The notes under the pieces: model-generated
What the model saw: only the letters and a program-made list of their open reading frames with translations
Databases searched by the model: none
What the model was told of the DNA's origin: nothing
From: Luteitalea sp.
Lineage (GTDB): Bacteria; Acidobacteriota; Vicinamibacteria; Vicinamibacterales; CAVVIG01
Direction of reading: 5' to 3'
Assembly (NCBI GenBank): GCA_009380045.1
Contig: WHSN01000002.1
Location: forward strand, 9,744 to 73,743
DNA length: 64,000 nt
Part shown: positions 18,761 through 30,619 of the stretch, in pieces
How positions within the stretch are numbered: position 1 is the first letter of the stretch
Layout: every line of letters begins with the position of its first letter
Made by a program: the position numbers and the translations under genes

Positions 18761-19537
18761 TCATACGACGATTTCCTGCTGAAGCGTCCGGAGCTCCTCA
18801 TCGCCGTCGCGCCGCTTCGCGACCGCACGATCGGCCACGATCTGCCCGTCGCGGCACGACACGATTCGAGTGCCGTAGTCCGCGATATCCGGCTCGTGCG
18901 TGATCAGGAGAACGGTGATGCGCCGCTCGACATTCAGCCGCTGAAACAGGCCCATGACCTCGACGCTGGTCCGGGTGTCCAGATTTCCCGTTGGCTCGTC
19001 GGCGAGGAGAATCGAGGGGTTCATGATCAGAGCGCGCGCAATCGCGACCCGCTGTTGCTGACCGCCGGACAACTGATTGGGGTGGTGGTGGGCGCGGTCG
19101 CCGAGCGCCACTGCGTCGAGCGCATCCATCGCCCGCTTCCGGCGCGCCGCCGCCTTGAGCTTGCCGCCGCCGTAGAGCAGCGGTAGCTCCACGTTGTCGA
19201 GCGCCGTCGTGCGCGACAGCAAATTGAAGCCCTGGAACACGAAGCCGATCTTCTGATTGCGAATCTCCGCCAGCTCGTCGCGCGTCATTCGCGACACGTC
19301 TTGACCGTCGAGGAGATACTGCCCGGACGTCGGGCGGTCGAGGCAGCCGAGGATGTGCATCAGCGTCGACTTCCCCGAACCCGACGGCCCGGTGACGGCG
19401 AGAAACTCGCCATGGCGGACATCGAGCGACACACCGCGAAGCGCGCGGACCTCAACCTCGCCGACGACATAGGTTTTCACCAGGTTGCGAACCGCGATCA
19501 CCGGCGGATCGGTGGTGGGACGCGCGTCAGCCATCAA
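18761..19537 (-). CDS. ABC transporter ATP-binding protein (MacB/LolD-type ATPase)
   Basis: [24 protein letters not shown] and [11 protein letters not shown]. It lies 6 nt downstream of the FtsX-type permease gene. Confidence 0.85.
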   Translation of the reverse strand: MMADARPTTDPPVIAVRNLVKTYVVGEVEVRALRGVSLDVRHGEFLAVTGPSGSGKSTLMHILGCLDRPTSGQYLLDGQDVSRMTRDELAEIRNQKIGFVFQGFNLLSRTTALDNVELPLLYGGGKLKAAARRKRAMDALDAVALGDRAHHHPNQLSGGQQQRVAIARALIMNPSILLADEPTGNLDTRTSVEVMGLFQRLNVERRITVLLITHEPDIADYGTRIVSCRDGQIVADRAVAKRRDGDEELRTLQQEIVV

Positions 19538-19543
19538 GGGCCC

Positions 19544-20763
<1,220 letters not shown>

Positions 20764-20764
<1 letters not shown>

Positions 20765-22511
20765 CAGCGTCTCCCCCCTGGTTGCCGCCGCGGTTGCCGC
20801 CGCCCGGGAAGCCGCCGCGGCCAGGCTGGCCGAAGAGGAAGCCGCCAGCGCCTGCCGCGGGCCGCGTTTCTCCGCCAAGCGAGATGTTGGTGACGAGCGC
20901 CGCGCCTTCGGCGACGTCGCCGTCAATCAGCTCGGTCGCCTGACCATCAGACACGCCCAGCCGCAGTCGAACCGGCTCGAGCCCGGTTTCCGTGCGCAGC
21001 CACACGCGGCCTGCTGTCTCGACGATCGGCAGGGGTCCGAACAGCGCGTCGATGGTGGTGGCGCCGGTCGCTCTCGCGACGGCAGGTTCGGGTGGAGCGG
21101 GAGGGGCGCTGCGCCCGGATCGAGGCGCGCCGGCCGAAGCCTCGGGAGTGCCGCCGCTCTGGACAGAAGAAGGATCGCCCCCCCGCGCGCGCATGCGCTG
21201 CAGCACCTGCTCCCGTTGTTCGGGCGACATGCTCTCCATCCGCTCGGCGAACCGCCCGCGTCCGCCACCGGGGCCGATGCCGTCGGCTCCGTCATCGCGA
21301 CCCCGGCGGGCGCCGGATTGAGTTGGACGCGGCATTTCCTGCTCCGAAGCGGCTGCTTCTCGGGGGGCGACTGGCGCGGTGGAGGTGTTCGGCGCGACCG
21401 GCGGCACGGCCTTGGCCGGCGCCCGTGGTGGGGTGCTTTCGTCGCCCTTCGAAGGGTGTCCACCCTCGCTCTCGCCGGGACTGCCGCGAGGCATATCTCC
21501 CAGGAACTCGCGCTTGCCCGGATCGGGCGGCGTCAGGCCGAGGGCCACGAACGTTTCCGGGGTCGGCCTGAAGCGCAACGCGGCATTTGGTATGCGCAGG
21601 ACATTTGTCCGACGGGCGATTTCGATATTCACGTTCGCCGTCATGCCGGGCTTGAGTTTGAGCTCGTCGTTCGGCACGTCGATGACCGTCGCGTAGGTGA
21701 CGACGTTCTGTTGCACGAGCGGGTTCAGCCGCACTTGCGACACCTTGCCGGGGAACGTATCGGTGGAGTAGGCGTCGACCCGGAACGAGACCTGCTGGCC
21801 GGGACGGATGCGCCCGACATCCGACTCGTCGAGATTCGCGACCACCTGCATTTTCGTGAGATCCGCCGCCAGCACGAAGAGCGTCGGGGCCTGCATGCTC
21901 GCCGCGACCGTCTGGCCGACATCGACGTCTCGCGAGATCACCAGGCCGTCGATCGGCGCCGTGATCACGGTGTGATCGAGGTTCACCTGGTTCTGGTTCA
22001 GGGATGCCTGGGCCTGGGTGACCTGCGCCTCGGCGGACCGAAGCTGCGCTTCGGCCGACCGCACGGTCACCTGCGCCACCTCGAGATCGCTCTGCGAGAT
22101 GAGCTGGCGGTCCGACAGCTCGCGGGCGCGATTCAGCTTGGCGCGGCCGTCTTCGAACCCGATCCGCAGGCGCTCGAGATCTGCCTGGGCGCGACGCAGG
22201 TTGGCCCGCGCCTGCTCGATCTGTGTCTGAAACAGCGACGGGTCGAGGCGGGCGAGGACCTGACCTTTCCTGACCAGCGAATTGAAGTCGGCGTAGAGCG
22301 ACTCGATTGTGCCCGACACCTGCGTTCCCACCTGCACGGTGGTGACCGCCTGCAGCGTCCCGGTGGCGCTGACCGTGTCGACGATGTCCCCCCGCGTGAT
22401 TGGCGCCGTCGCGACCGTGGGGACTGGCCCGGTCTTCCGATAGGTGTAGAGCCCGTAAACCGACCCGGCAATCACGGCGGCGACAACGAGCGTCAGTACG
22501 GTCCTTTTCAC
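20764..22511 (-). CDS. MacA-like efflux periplasmic adaptor (HlyD/MFP family); no in-frame stop as sequenced (apparent 1-nt frameshift near the 3' end)
   Basis: N-terminal part of the 1019-codon ORF 19527..22586. It has a TM anchor, a lipoyl/coiled-coil region (QVGTQVSGTIESLYADF...DLERL...) and a beta-barrel (TAPIDGLVISRDVDVGQ). A long Pro/Gly/Arg-rich insert is also present. The frame runs stop-free across the whole permease gene. Adding one G to the G6 run (plus-strand C6 at 20773-20778) gives ...GGNQGGRR-TGA, overlapping the permease ATG (TGATG). Start is either GTG 22511 or GTG 22586. Confidence 0.7.
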
Positions 22512-22555
22512 GAGCTCTCGATTCCTAGGGTCCTGCCGCTCGGATCCCGCGCGCG

Positions 22556-25500
22556 TCAGGCTTCGGCCTTTGCCGACCGCCGCCACGGCATGCGGATGCC
22601 TTCCTCGAACAAGGTGTAGACCGTCGGCACGAGCACCAGGGTGATCAGCAGCGATGTGGTGAGGCCCCCGATCACGACGCGGGCGAGCGGTACCTGCAGC
22701 TCGCTGCCTTCGCCGATACCGAGCGACATCGGTACCAGACCGAGCGCGGTGGCGATCGACGTCATCAGAATCGGGCGAAGACGCGTGCGGCCGGCCATTT
22801 CGACCGCCTCACGCAACGGCAGGCCGTCGCGGCGCCGGAGCACGTTGGTGTAGTCGACCAGCAGGATGCCGTTGCTGACGACGATACCGGCGAGCATGAT
22901 GATGCCGATATACGCCTGCATGTTGAACGACGTGCCGGTGAGCTTCAACGCCAGCACCACGCCGATGGCGGCCGTCGGCACCGAGAACATGATGATGAAC
23001 GGATCCCTCAGCGACTCGTACTGCGACGCCATCACCGCATAGACCAGCACGAGGGCGAGGATGAGCACCATGCGCAGCTGGTCGAACGCCTGGGCCTGCT
23101 GCTCGACTTCGGCCCCGAAACCGATCGAGAAGTCCTGCGGCAGCAGCCCATGAATCTGCGGCAGCCGGTCCTGCACGCTCTTGACTGCGTCGCTGAGCGT
23201 CGCTTCAGGCTCGGCGCTGACATACGCGATCCGCTGCTGGTTCTTGCGCTGAATCTGGCTCGGCCCGATCGCGTCTTCCACGCGCATCAGGTTCTTCGCC
23301 TGCAGCACCTGGCCGGACGGCGTGCTGACCAGCACGTCGTTGACGTCGGTGATGTTCTGCCGCTCCTCCTCGCGGAGGCGGACGACAATCGGGTACTCGT
23401 TGCCTTCCTGGCGGAACATCGCGGCCTGCGTGCCCGCGACGTTGGTGCGGATCGTGTTCGCCACGGTGGTCGCGCTCACTCCGAGCAGTGCCGCCTTGGC
23501 CCGGTCGATACGGATCGCGAGCTCCGGGCGGCCTTCATCGCGCCCGAGCCGCGCGTCGGCCACGCCCGGAGTGGTGTCCAGGAGGTCCTTCGCCGCCGTC
23601 GCGACCTTCCTCGCGTCCTCGAGGCTCTCGCCCCGGATTTCGAGGGCCAGGCGTCCGCCGCCCTGGTTGCCGCCAGAGAGGAGCCGGTTCAACTGGTTGT
23701 TGCCGCCGGAGGCGTTGGCGCGGACGATCACCCCGGGGATGCCCGAGAGCTGACGCCGCAGGTCCACGGCAATCTGCTCGCTCGAGCGGGTGCGCTCGTC
23801 CTTGGGTGTCAGGAGCAGCTGGAGGTTGCCGCGGTTCACCGACGCGCCGCCCGGGCCGAACCCGCCGCCGCCTGCCTGGACGATGATATCGGTCGCTTCG
23901 GGCACATACTCGTGAATCGCCGCTTCGACGCGCTGCAGCACCGGGTCGGTGACCTCGATCCGTGTCCCTTGCGGCAGCTCGACGTTCACCTGCACCTCTC
24001 CTTCGTCGGCCTGCGTGCTCAGCTCGGTCGGCAGCGTCGGGAAGATGACGGCGGCGACTACCACCGATGCGACCGCCAGGCCGACCACGATCGGACGATG
24101 CCGGAGCGCCAGATGGAGGAGCTTGCGATAGCCTTCGTCCATCCCCTCGAGGAACCGCTCGCTCATGGTGTACAGCCGGCCGCCCAACCCCCTGCGCTTG
24201 TCGGGTGGCGGAGGCAGAACCAGGAGCCGGGAGCAGAGCACCGGCACCACCGTGACCGCGACGAACAGCGACATCAGCAGCGAGAAGACGACCACGATCG
24301 AGAGCTGCCGGAACAGGATGCTCGACACGCCCTCGAGGAACAGCAGCGGCACGAACACCGCGATGTGGGTGAGGATCGACGCCAGGATCGCCGACCACAC
24401 CTCTTCGCTGCCGTCGATGGCCGCCGTCATCCGATCCTTGCCGTGGTGCTCCATGTGCCTGAACGAGTTCTCCAGCACGACGATCGCCGCATCGACAATC
24501 ATGCCCACCCCGAGGGCGAGACCGCCGAAGGTCATCGTGTTGAGCGTCAGGCCCCCGAAGTAGAGCAGGGCGAAGGTGCCGACCACCGAAATCGGGATCG
24601 CGGTGCAGACGATCAGCGTCGAACGGAAGTTTCTCAGAAACAGGAAGATGATCAGGATGACCAGGCCCGATCCGATCATCACGTGTTCCTGCACGGCGTG
24701 AATCGAGCGCTCGATGAACTTGGCGCTGTCGTTCAGCAGCGAGAGCTTGATGCCGGGCACCTCGCGGTTGATGCGCTCCATCTCCGCCCGGACGCCTTCG
24801 GCAATCCGCACCGTGTTGGTGCCCGACTGCTTGGTGATCTGGAGGCGGACGCCCTGACGGCCGTTGATCCGCAGCACCGATCGGTTGTCTTCCGTGGAGT
24901 CGACGACGTCGGCGATGTCCCTCATGTAGACAGGGACGCCGCCCTTGGTGAGCACCACGAGGTTGCGGATCTGGTCGAGGTCCTGGAATTGACCCTGGCT
25001 GCGCAGCAACAGCGCGCTGTCTCCCCGGTAGACCTCGCCGATCGGGATGTTCTCGTTTTCCAGGCGCAGGACGTTGACGATCCGGTCGACCGAGAGGTCG
25101 AGCGCCGTGATCTTCTCGCGCGACAGGTCGACGTGGATCTGGCGGCGGAGACCGCCGTTGACGGTGACCGCGGCGACGCCCTGCACGCGCTCGATCCGCT
25201 GCGACAACACGTTTTCCGCGAGCTCCCGCAGCGCGACGCGATCCAGGCTGCCGTCGGTGCTCTCGACGCCGAGGCCCATGATCGGCGCGGCGTTGGTGTC
25301 GTACTTCTGGATGATCGGTGGTTCCGCGTCCTCGGGCAGACGTCCGCGCACGCGGTCGATGCGGGTGCGGATGTCGTCCATCGCTTCGTTCAGGTCGGTG
25401 CCCCACGTGAAATTGAGCCTGACGCTGGCGTTCCCCTCGTCCGCGGTCGAGTTCATCTGGTCGAGGCCCGAAACCGCGCTGAGCTGCTGCTCGAGCGGGC

Positions 25501-25693
25501 GCACGATCAGCTCCTCGATCTCGAGCGGTCCGACGCCCGCGTAGTTCACACGGACGTTGATGGTCGGTTGCGAGATGTCCGGCAGCAGGTCGACCGGCAG
25601 CCGGGTCAGCGAAATCCCACCGATGAGGATGACGATCGAGCTGATCATCAACATCATGATCGGCCGCTCAATCGCAAAACGAGGGATGCTCAT
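22556..25693 (-). CDS. RND family efflux transporter permease (AcrB/HAE1-like)
   Basis: 1045-aa ORF. Typical N-terminus MSIPRFAIERPIMMLMISSIVILIGGISLTRLPVDLLPD, 12-TM layout and two large periplasmic loops. Confidence 0.9.
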   Translation of the reverse strand: MSIPRFAIERPIMMLMISSIVILIGGISLTRLPVDLLPDISQPTINVRVNYAGVGPLEIEELIVRPLEQQLSAVSGLDQMNSTADEGNASVRLNFTWGTDLNEAMDDIRTRIDRVRGRLPEDAEPPIIQKYDTNAAPIMGLGVESTDGSLDRVALRELAENVLSQRIERVQGVAAVTVNGGLRRQIHVDLSREKITALDLSVDRIVNVLRLENENIPIGEVYRGDSALLLRSQGQFQDLDQIRNLVVLTKGGVPVYMRDIADVVDSTEDNRSVLRINGRQGVRLQITKQSGTNTVRIAEGVRAEMERINREVPGIKLSLLNDSAKFIERSIHAVQEHVMIGSGLVILIIFLFLRNFRSTLIVCTAIPISVVGTFALLYFGGLTLNTMTFGGLALGVGMIVDAAIVVLENSFRHMEHHGKDRMTAAIDGSEEVWSAILASILTHIAVFVPLLFLEGVSSILFRQLSIVVVFSLLMSLFVAVTVVPVLCSRLLVLPPPPDKRRGLGGRLYTMSERFLEGMDEGYRKLLHLALRHRPIVVGLAVASVVVAAVIFPTLPTELSTQADEGEVQVNVELPQGTRIEVTDPVLQRVEAAIHEYVPEATDIIVQAGGGGFGPGGASVNRGNLQLLLTPKDERTRSSEQIAVDLRRQLSGIPGVIVRANASGGNNQLNRLLSGGNQGGGRLALEIRGESLEDARKVATAAKDLLDTTPGVADARLGRDEGRPELAIRIDRAKAALLGVSATTVANTIRTNVAGTQAAMFRQEGNEYPIVVRLREEERQNITDVNDVLVSTPSGQVLQAKNLMRVEDAIGPSQIQRKNQQRIAYVSAEPEATLSDAVKSVQDRLPQIHGLLPQDFSIGFGAEVEQQAQAFDQLRMVLILALVLVYAVMASQYESLRDPFIIMFSVPTAAIGVVLALKLTGTSFNMQAYIGIIMLAGIVVSNGILLVDYTNVLRRRDGLPLREAVEMAGRTRLRPILMTSIATALGLVPMSLGIGEGSELQVPLARVVIGGLTTSLLITLVLVPTVYTLFEEGIRMPWRRSAKAEA

Positions 25694-25769
25694 ACGGGCT
25701 CCTGAAAACGGTCAGATGTCACGCCGTCCGGCCGACGCCGAACACTTCACACTCGTGTGCCGTGGTCCC

Positions 25770-27095
25770 TCAGCTGGTGGGGGCGCCGCCACGGCGGCCC
25801 TCGCCGCCCAGCCCGCCGCTTCTGGCCCCAGCCGGTGCGCCCCGACCATTCCCGCCTTGTTGGCCCTGCCCGAACAGGAGGATCTTGTCGCCCTCACGAA
25901 GCGCTGCCGAACCGGTGGTGACCACGCGCGCGCCCTCGGACAAGCCCGCCGCGACTTCGACGTGCTGCGAATCCACCATGCCGATGGTGATCGCGTGGAA
26001 CCTCGCGACATCACCTTCGTCGGGCAGGAACACGCCTTTCTTGCCATTCAGATCGACGACGGCGTTTGCCGGGACGACGAGCGCGTTCTCCCTGTGCTCG
26101 ACCGTGAAGCTCACCCTCGCGTACATCCCCGGCTTCAGGCGCAGCTTCGCGTTGTCGATCTCGACTTCGATCTGCGCGGTCCGGGTCGCCGGATCGAGGA
26201 CCGGCGCGACATGCGCGATCCGCCCCTCGAACATCTCACCCGGGAAGGCATCGACTTCCACCGTTGCCTTCATGCCCGCCGTGATGCGGCGCAGGTCCCG
26301 TTCGACGATGTTGGCGACGAGTCGAACGACGCTGATGTCGACGACCGAGATGAACGCCGAGCTCGGGGTGACCCAGGCGCCGGGATCGAGCACCCGCGAC
26401 GCGACGAAGCCGCTGACCGACGACGTGATGGTGGTGTTGGCGAGGTTGATCTTGAGCTCGTCGAGCCGCGCCTCGGCCTGCGAATGTTGCGCTTTGGCAA
26501 GATCGAGCTGCGCCGCCGCCGCCTGATACCGCGCTTCGGTGTCGTCGTAGGTCTGCTTGGGAATCAGTTCCCGCTCGAACAGGTTGCGCGAGCGTTCCAG
26601 GTTCGTCTGCGCCAGGCGGAGGTCGGCCTCGCGCTGCCGGATGGTCGCGGCAGACACGCCGTAGGACGCCTCGGCCTGTTTCACCTGCTCGAGAATTTCA
26701 CGATCTTCCACCTTGGCGAGCCGCTGGCCGCGGCCGACCCGGTCACCGAGCCGGACCGATACCGATTCGAGGCGGCCGCTCACTTTGGGTACGGCTTCGA
26801 CGGTGGCGGCGCCGATCAGGTTGCCGACCACGGTCATGGTCTCGGTCATGTCGGCGCGCTTCACGGCGGCGAGCTCCACGGTCATCGGCAGCCGTGGGCC
26901 GCCGCCGAAGCCACCAGCACCGGGCCCGCCAGACCCTCCCGGGCCGCCCTGCCGTCCGCCGCGTCCCTGCTCCTGGGCGCCCGGCGCACCAGTGGCGCCC
27001 GCCGCGTTCGCGTCCGTGCCACCGCGCTTGAGGTAGTACGCACCGCCGCCCACGGCGGCTGCGAGAATGGCTACGACGATGATCGACGGTTTCAT
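25770..27095 (-). CDS. RND efflux periplasmic adaptor subunit (MFP)
   Basis: TM/signal anchor, lipoyl motif (VSGRLESVSVRLGDRV), coiled coil, and ITSSVSGFVASRVLDPG. Both the N- and C-terminal tails are Gly/Arg-rich. Confidence 0.85.
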   Translation of the reverse strand: MKPSIIVVAILAAAVGGGAYYLKRGGTDANAAGATGAPGAQEQGRGGRQGGPGGSGGPGAGGFGGGPRLPMTVELAAVKRADMTETMTVVGNLIGAATVEAVPKVSGRLESVSVRLGDRVGRGQRLAKVEDREILEQVKQAEASYGVSAATIRQREADLRLAQTNLERSRNLFERELIPKQTYDDTEARYQAAAAQLDLAKAQHSQAEARLDELKINLANTTITSSVSGFVASRVLDPGAWVTPSSAFISVVDISVVRLVANIVERDLRRITAGMKATVEVDAFPGEMFEGRIAHVAPVLDPATRTAQIEVEIDNAKLRLKPGMYARVSFTVEHRENALVVPANAVVDLNGKKGVFLPDEGDVARFHAITIGMVDSQHVEVAAGLSEGARVVTTGSAALREGDKILLFGQGQQGGNGRGAPAGARSGGLGGEGRRGGAPTS

Positions 27096-27124
27096 GATGC
27101 TCCGTGTCTACTGAGGTCTGAGCC

Positions 27125-28813
27125 CTACCGGCCCAGGATGGTGATGTTGGATGTCTGTAGCGAGGTCTGCTGCAGACGCTCCAGTTCGACCAGCGAGCGG
27201 CGGTAGGCGAGAATCGCCTGCAACGCGTTGTTCTGTGCCGTGAGCAGATCACGCTGCGCCTGGACGACGAAATAGTTCGTCGACATGCCGACCTCGAACT
27301 TGCTCTGTTCGGCTTCCAGCTGCCGCTGCGAGAACTCGCGGGCGGCCTGCGCGGCCTCGACCCGCTCGACGTTGTTCTGGACGTTGGTCGCCGCATTGGT
27401 GACATCGGTCGCCACCTGCAGCTCGATCTGCCGGATCTGCCCCTCGACTTGATTCTGCTGCACGCGCGCGCGAGCGACGGTGGCCTCCTGCGCGCTGACG
27501 CCGATGGGGTAGCTGACGTTGATGCCGAAGTTCCACGTCGGATATCGGCGATCGAACAACGAGCTCAAGGCATCGGCGTAACCGCCGGGAATCGTTTCCG
27601 TGATGCCGCCACTGATGCCGCCGGCGCGCACAAAGCGGGTGCCACCCTGGCCGATCAGTCCGTAGCGGGCGGTGAAGTCCACCTGCGGCAGCGTCTGATT
27701 CCTGAGGTAGCCGAGCGTGACGTCGTTCACCTGCATGTTCTTGCGTACTTGCGCCAGGTCTGTCCGGTTCTCGATCGCCCGCGCAACCGCGGCCGTCACG
27801 TCGATCGGCGCCGGCACGAAATCCGGCTGATCGGTCGGCTCGATGGTGGCGCTCCAGTTCTGATCCTGCGTCCCGCTCACAATCAGCCGTTTCAGGGCAA
27901 GCTCCGTCGTGCGCCGCGTGCCCTCGGCCACCGCCAGGTTCTGCCGCTGCGTCGCTGCCTGCGCCTGCGCCTGCACCACGTCGATAGGCGCCATCGTCCC
28001 GATCTCGACGCGCACCCGGTTGTCCGACACCAGCCGTTCGGCCAGCTCCACCGACCGCCGCGCCACTTCCACCGACTGCACACCGAAGACCAGGTCCCAG
28101 TAGGCGTTCCGGACGTTCGCGAGCGTGTTGATGATGGTGGACTGGAGCTGAATCTCGGAGATGTCCTGATTCAGCTTGGTCACGACGAGCTGCTGTCGTG
28201 TGGTGTCGGTCTTGAAGTTGCGCAGCAGCGGCTGGGTGAACGACGCCGACCAGTTCGTGTTGTAGGCGGGATCGAACAGCGCGGTCGGGCTGGTGGTGGA
28301 CTGCCGGTTGTTGTTGAGCGTGACAGCGAAGTTGCCGCCGCCCCAGGGGATGTTCTGCGCGATACCGGCGTTGTAGGTCGCCTGACCCTGGGTGATCCCG
28401 GTTCCCGCCGCGGCGCCCTGAATCGTCTGCGTCGACGGGTTGGTGTTCGACTGTTGCGCCAACTGCGAGGTGACGGTCGGGCGGTAAGTGGCGCGAAGCC
28501 CGGCGAGCGAAAAATCAAAGGCCTGCGGATTGAGCCGCTGGACCGAGATGTCGAGATTGCGATCGAGCGCCAGCTTGATCGCTTCGTCGAGCGTCAACTG
28601 CACGACCGATCGCCCCGACGCCGTCGCCTGAGCTGTGGTCTGGCCCGTGCTGCCGGCTCCGGCCGAGGGCTGGCTCACGCCGGCACGCGCCGCCGCCTCT
28701 CGAATGAGCTCCTGAACATATTCGTCAGTCGTGCGTTGCGCCGACGCGTGTGGGACGCTGGCCAGCGTCATGAGGGTGGCCAGCGCCGCCCACGTCAATC
28801 CATTCCGTTTCAT
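27125..28813 (-). CDS. TolC-family outer membrane efflux protein
   Basis: From ATG 28813 with a signal peptide (MKRNGLTWAALATLMTLASVPHASA). Two OEP repeats with coiled-coil segments (LTLDEAIKLALDRNLD...). Confidence 0.85.
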   Translation of the reverse strand: MKRNGLTWAALATLMTLASVPHASAQRTTDEYVQELIREAAARAGVSQPSAGAGSTGQTTAQATASGRSVVQLTLDEAIKLALDRNLDISVQRLNPQAFDFSLAGLRATYRPTVTSQLAQQSNTNPSTQTIQGAAAGTGITQGQATYNAGIAQNIPWGGGNFAVTLNNNRQSTTSPTALFDPAYNTNWSASFTQPLLRNFKTDTTRQQLVVTKLNQDISEIQLQSTIINTLANVRNAYWDLVFGVQSVEVARRSVELAERLVSDNRVRVEIGTMAPIDVVQAQAQAATQRQNLAVAEGTRRTTELALKRLIVSGTQDQNWSATIEPTDQPDFVPAPIDVTAAVARAIENRTDLAQVRKNMQVNDVTLGYLRNQTLPQVDFTARYGLIGQGGTRFVRAGGISGGITETIPGGYADALSSLFDRRYPTWNFGINVSYPIGVSAQEATVARARVQQNQVEGQIRQIELQVATDVTNAATNVQNNVERVEAAQAAREFSQRQLEAEQSKFEVGMSTNYFVVQAQRDLLTAQNNALQAILAYRRSLVELERLQQTSLQTSNITILGR

Positions 28814-28872
28814 CTCGACTATCCCTCTTGGACGGTTCACTGTTGGGGCGTTGTTCATCCCGCGGTGAGGCG

Positions 28873-29337
28873 TCACTCATCCCGCCGGGTGGTGTTGGGC
28901 GGGCGCTTCTCGCGGTCCCGTTGCCAGCGGTCGTGAAGCACCTTGAACTGGACGCGCTGCTCGGGCGTCAGCACCTTCAACATCTGGACGAGCATGATCG
29001 ATCGGGTCTTGTTCGCGTTCGCGCGGGCGCTTTCCACCCGATCAATCTGGCGTGAGAGGACCGCCTCGTCCGCATCCTTCTGAATCAGATGGGAGAGCTT
29101 GCTCTCGAGCCTCAAGAGCTCGTCCCATTCGACCCTGAGCTCGGGGCGCGTGGTTTCCCAAATCTTCTCGATTCGTCCGGACTGATCCGCGGAAAGACCG
29201 ATCTCCTTCTTGAACGGCTCGGATTTCCACCACGGAAACGGCAGCCTTTTGGCTGTGAGCGACTGGGCGGCTAGGGGTGCGACGGCCAGTAGAAGGAGCA
29301 CCGAGCAGATGAGCTGACGGCGCGAACACGTCATCAT
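28873..29337 (-). CDS. Spy/CpxP-family periplasmic protein (LTxxQ motif)
   Basis: Signal peptide (LLLLAVAPLAAQS), helical charged body and an LTPEQ motif (KVLTPEQRVQF). It is the first gene of the efflux gene string. Confidence 0.65.
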   Translation of the reverse strand: MMTCSRRQLICSVLLLLAVAPLAAQSLTAKRLPFPWWKSEPFKKEIGLSADQSGRIEKIWETTRPELRVEWDELLRLESKLSHLIQKDADEAVLSRQIDRVESARANANKTRSIMLVQMLKVLTPEQRVQFKVLHDRWQRDREKRPPNTTRRDE

Positions 29338-29440
29338 TGAGGCAAACCTCTGGAAAGCTGGTTCGTAAAGAAATACGGCGCTCCCTCAGGATGTGTTTAG
29401 CCTGGCGACAGAAAAATCGAGCACGCGGCAACCACAGTGG

Positions 29441-30613
29441 CTAGCCGCAGAAGGCTTCGAGCTTGGCCACGACCGCTCCGACAAGGTTGTCGGGAGTCGA
29501 CGCGCCCGATGTCAGCCCAACCCGGACCGGACCGGCAGGGGGCAGCCACCCTTTCGACACAATCTCTACTTTCGACCCGACCGGACGATGCCGGATTTCG
29601 TCGCTCGACACGAGGCAGTCGGGCTCCGCCACGTGGTAGGTCGGATGGGCCTGGGCGCACATGCGCGCCAGGTTTGCCGTGTTGCTGCTGTTGTAGCCGC
29701 CGATCACGACCATGAGATCGATCGGGTGCTCCTGCAGCAACGTCACCACCGCGTCCTGTCGATCCTGCGTCGCGCTGCAGATGGTGTCGAACGCCTGATA
29801 GTGCGATGCGAGCGCCGATTCCCCCCAGCGATCGATCATCGCGGCCCTGAGCAGCTCGCCGACGGCGAGCGACTCGGACATCAGCATCGTCGTCTGGTTC
29901 GCCAGGCCGATGCGCTGAAGATCGCGCGCGGGATCGAACCCGGCCGACGCGGCGCTGGCGAACCGCGCCAGGAACGCGTCCCGATTGCCGCCCGAGCGGA
30001 TGTACGCGCACACGACGTCGGTCTCGGCGCCGTCGAACACCACGAGGTAGCGGCCGCCGTAGGCGACCGCCTGTGACGCCGTCGCTTGTGTCTCCTCGTG
30101 CCAGACCTTGCCGTGGATGATCGACGTGTAGCCGCCCTCCGCGTAGCGGCGCACGTTCTTCCACACGTTGAGGACCGATCCACACGTGGTGTCGATGAGG
30201 GTGCACCCGATCCGGTCCAGGTGCTGCAGCAGGCTGGTCGTCACCCCGAAGGCCGGCAGGATGACGACATCGGCCGGCCGCAGGTGGTCGATCGGGTCCG
30301 ACGGATCCGACAGGAAGCGAATGCCCATCGCCCGCAGCTTCTCGTTGACATGCGGGTTGTGGATGATCTCGCCGGTGAGGTAGACCCGGCGATTGGGGAA
30401 GCGCCGCCGGGTCTGATACGCGTAGTCGACGGCGCGATCGACGCCGTAACAGAAACCGAACTCCCGCGCCAGGTGGACGGTGAGACGCCCGGCCTCGTAC
30501 CGGTAGTCCGCTTCCTTGATCCGGTCGATGACGTCGCTGTGATAGTTCTCGGCCAGCATGCCGGCGACGGCATCCTTCAGGTCGAGCCCCTTGCGGAAAA
30601 TCAGGGAAGGCAC
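29441..30613 (-). CDS. ispH: 4-hydroxy-3-methylbut-2-enyl diphosphate reductase (long IspH/LytB form)
   Basis: 390-aa ORF with a GTG start. Contains FGFCYGVDRAV, TTCGSVLNVW, ANQTTM, VIGGYNSSNT and SGASTP (Cys ligands and conserved blocks of IspH). Confidence 0.85.
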   Translation of the reverse strand: MPSLIFRKGLDLKDAVAGMLAENYHSDVIDRIKEADYRYEAGRLTVHLAREFGFCYGVDRAVDYAYQTRRRFPNRRVYLTGEIIHNPHVNEKLRAMGIRFLSDPSDPIDHLRPADVVILPAFGVTTSLLQHLDRIGCTLIDTTCGSVLNVWKNVRRYAEGGYTSIIHGKVWHEETQATASQAVAYGGRYLVVFDGAETDVVCAYIRSGGNRDAFLARFASAASAGFDPARDLQRIGLANQTTMLMSESLAVGELLRAAMIDRWGESALASHYQAFDTICSATQDRQDAVVTLLQEHPIDLMVVIGGYNSSNTANLARMCAQAHPTYHVAEPDCLVSSDEIRHRPVGSKVEIVSKGWLPPAGPVRVGLTSGASTPDNLVGAVVAKLEAFCG

Positions 30614-30619
30614 GGGCTG

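Noticed and set aside
23150-25705. 851-aa ORF antisense to the RND pump; similar cases at 20439..22619, 25557..27206, 27449..28936, 30086..31720, 44318..45775 and 63129..63995
   Set aside because: All lie antisense to, or off-frame from, strongly recognisable genes (RND pump, MacA, MFP, TolC, ispH/anti-sigma, GroEL, Ffh). All have the Arg/Asp/His/Gly bias of non-coding frames.
29338-29440. Possible sigma-54 promoter (TGGTTGCCGCGTGCT) upstream of the efflux operon, considered because a sigma-54 activator is in the window
   Set aside because: The GG-to-GC spacing is 9 nt rather than the required 10, and the flanking bases fit TGGCAC-N5-TTGCW poorly.
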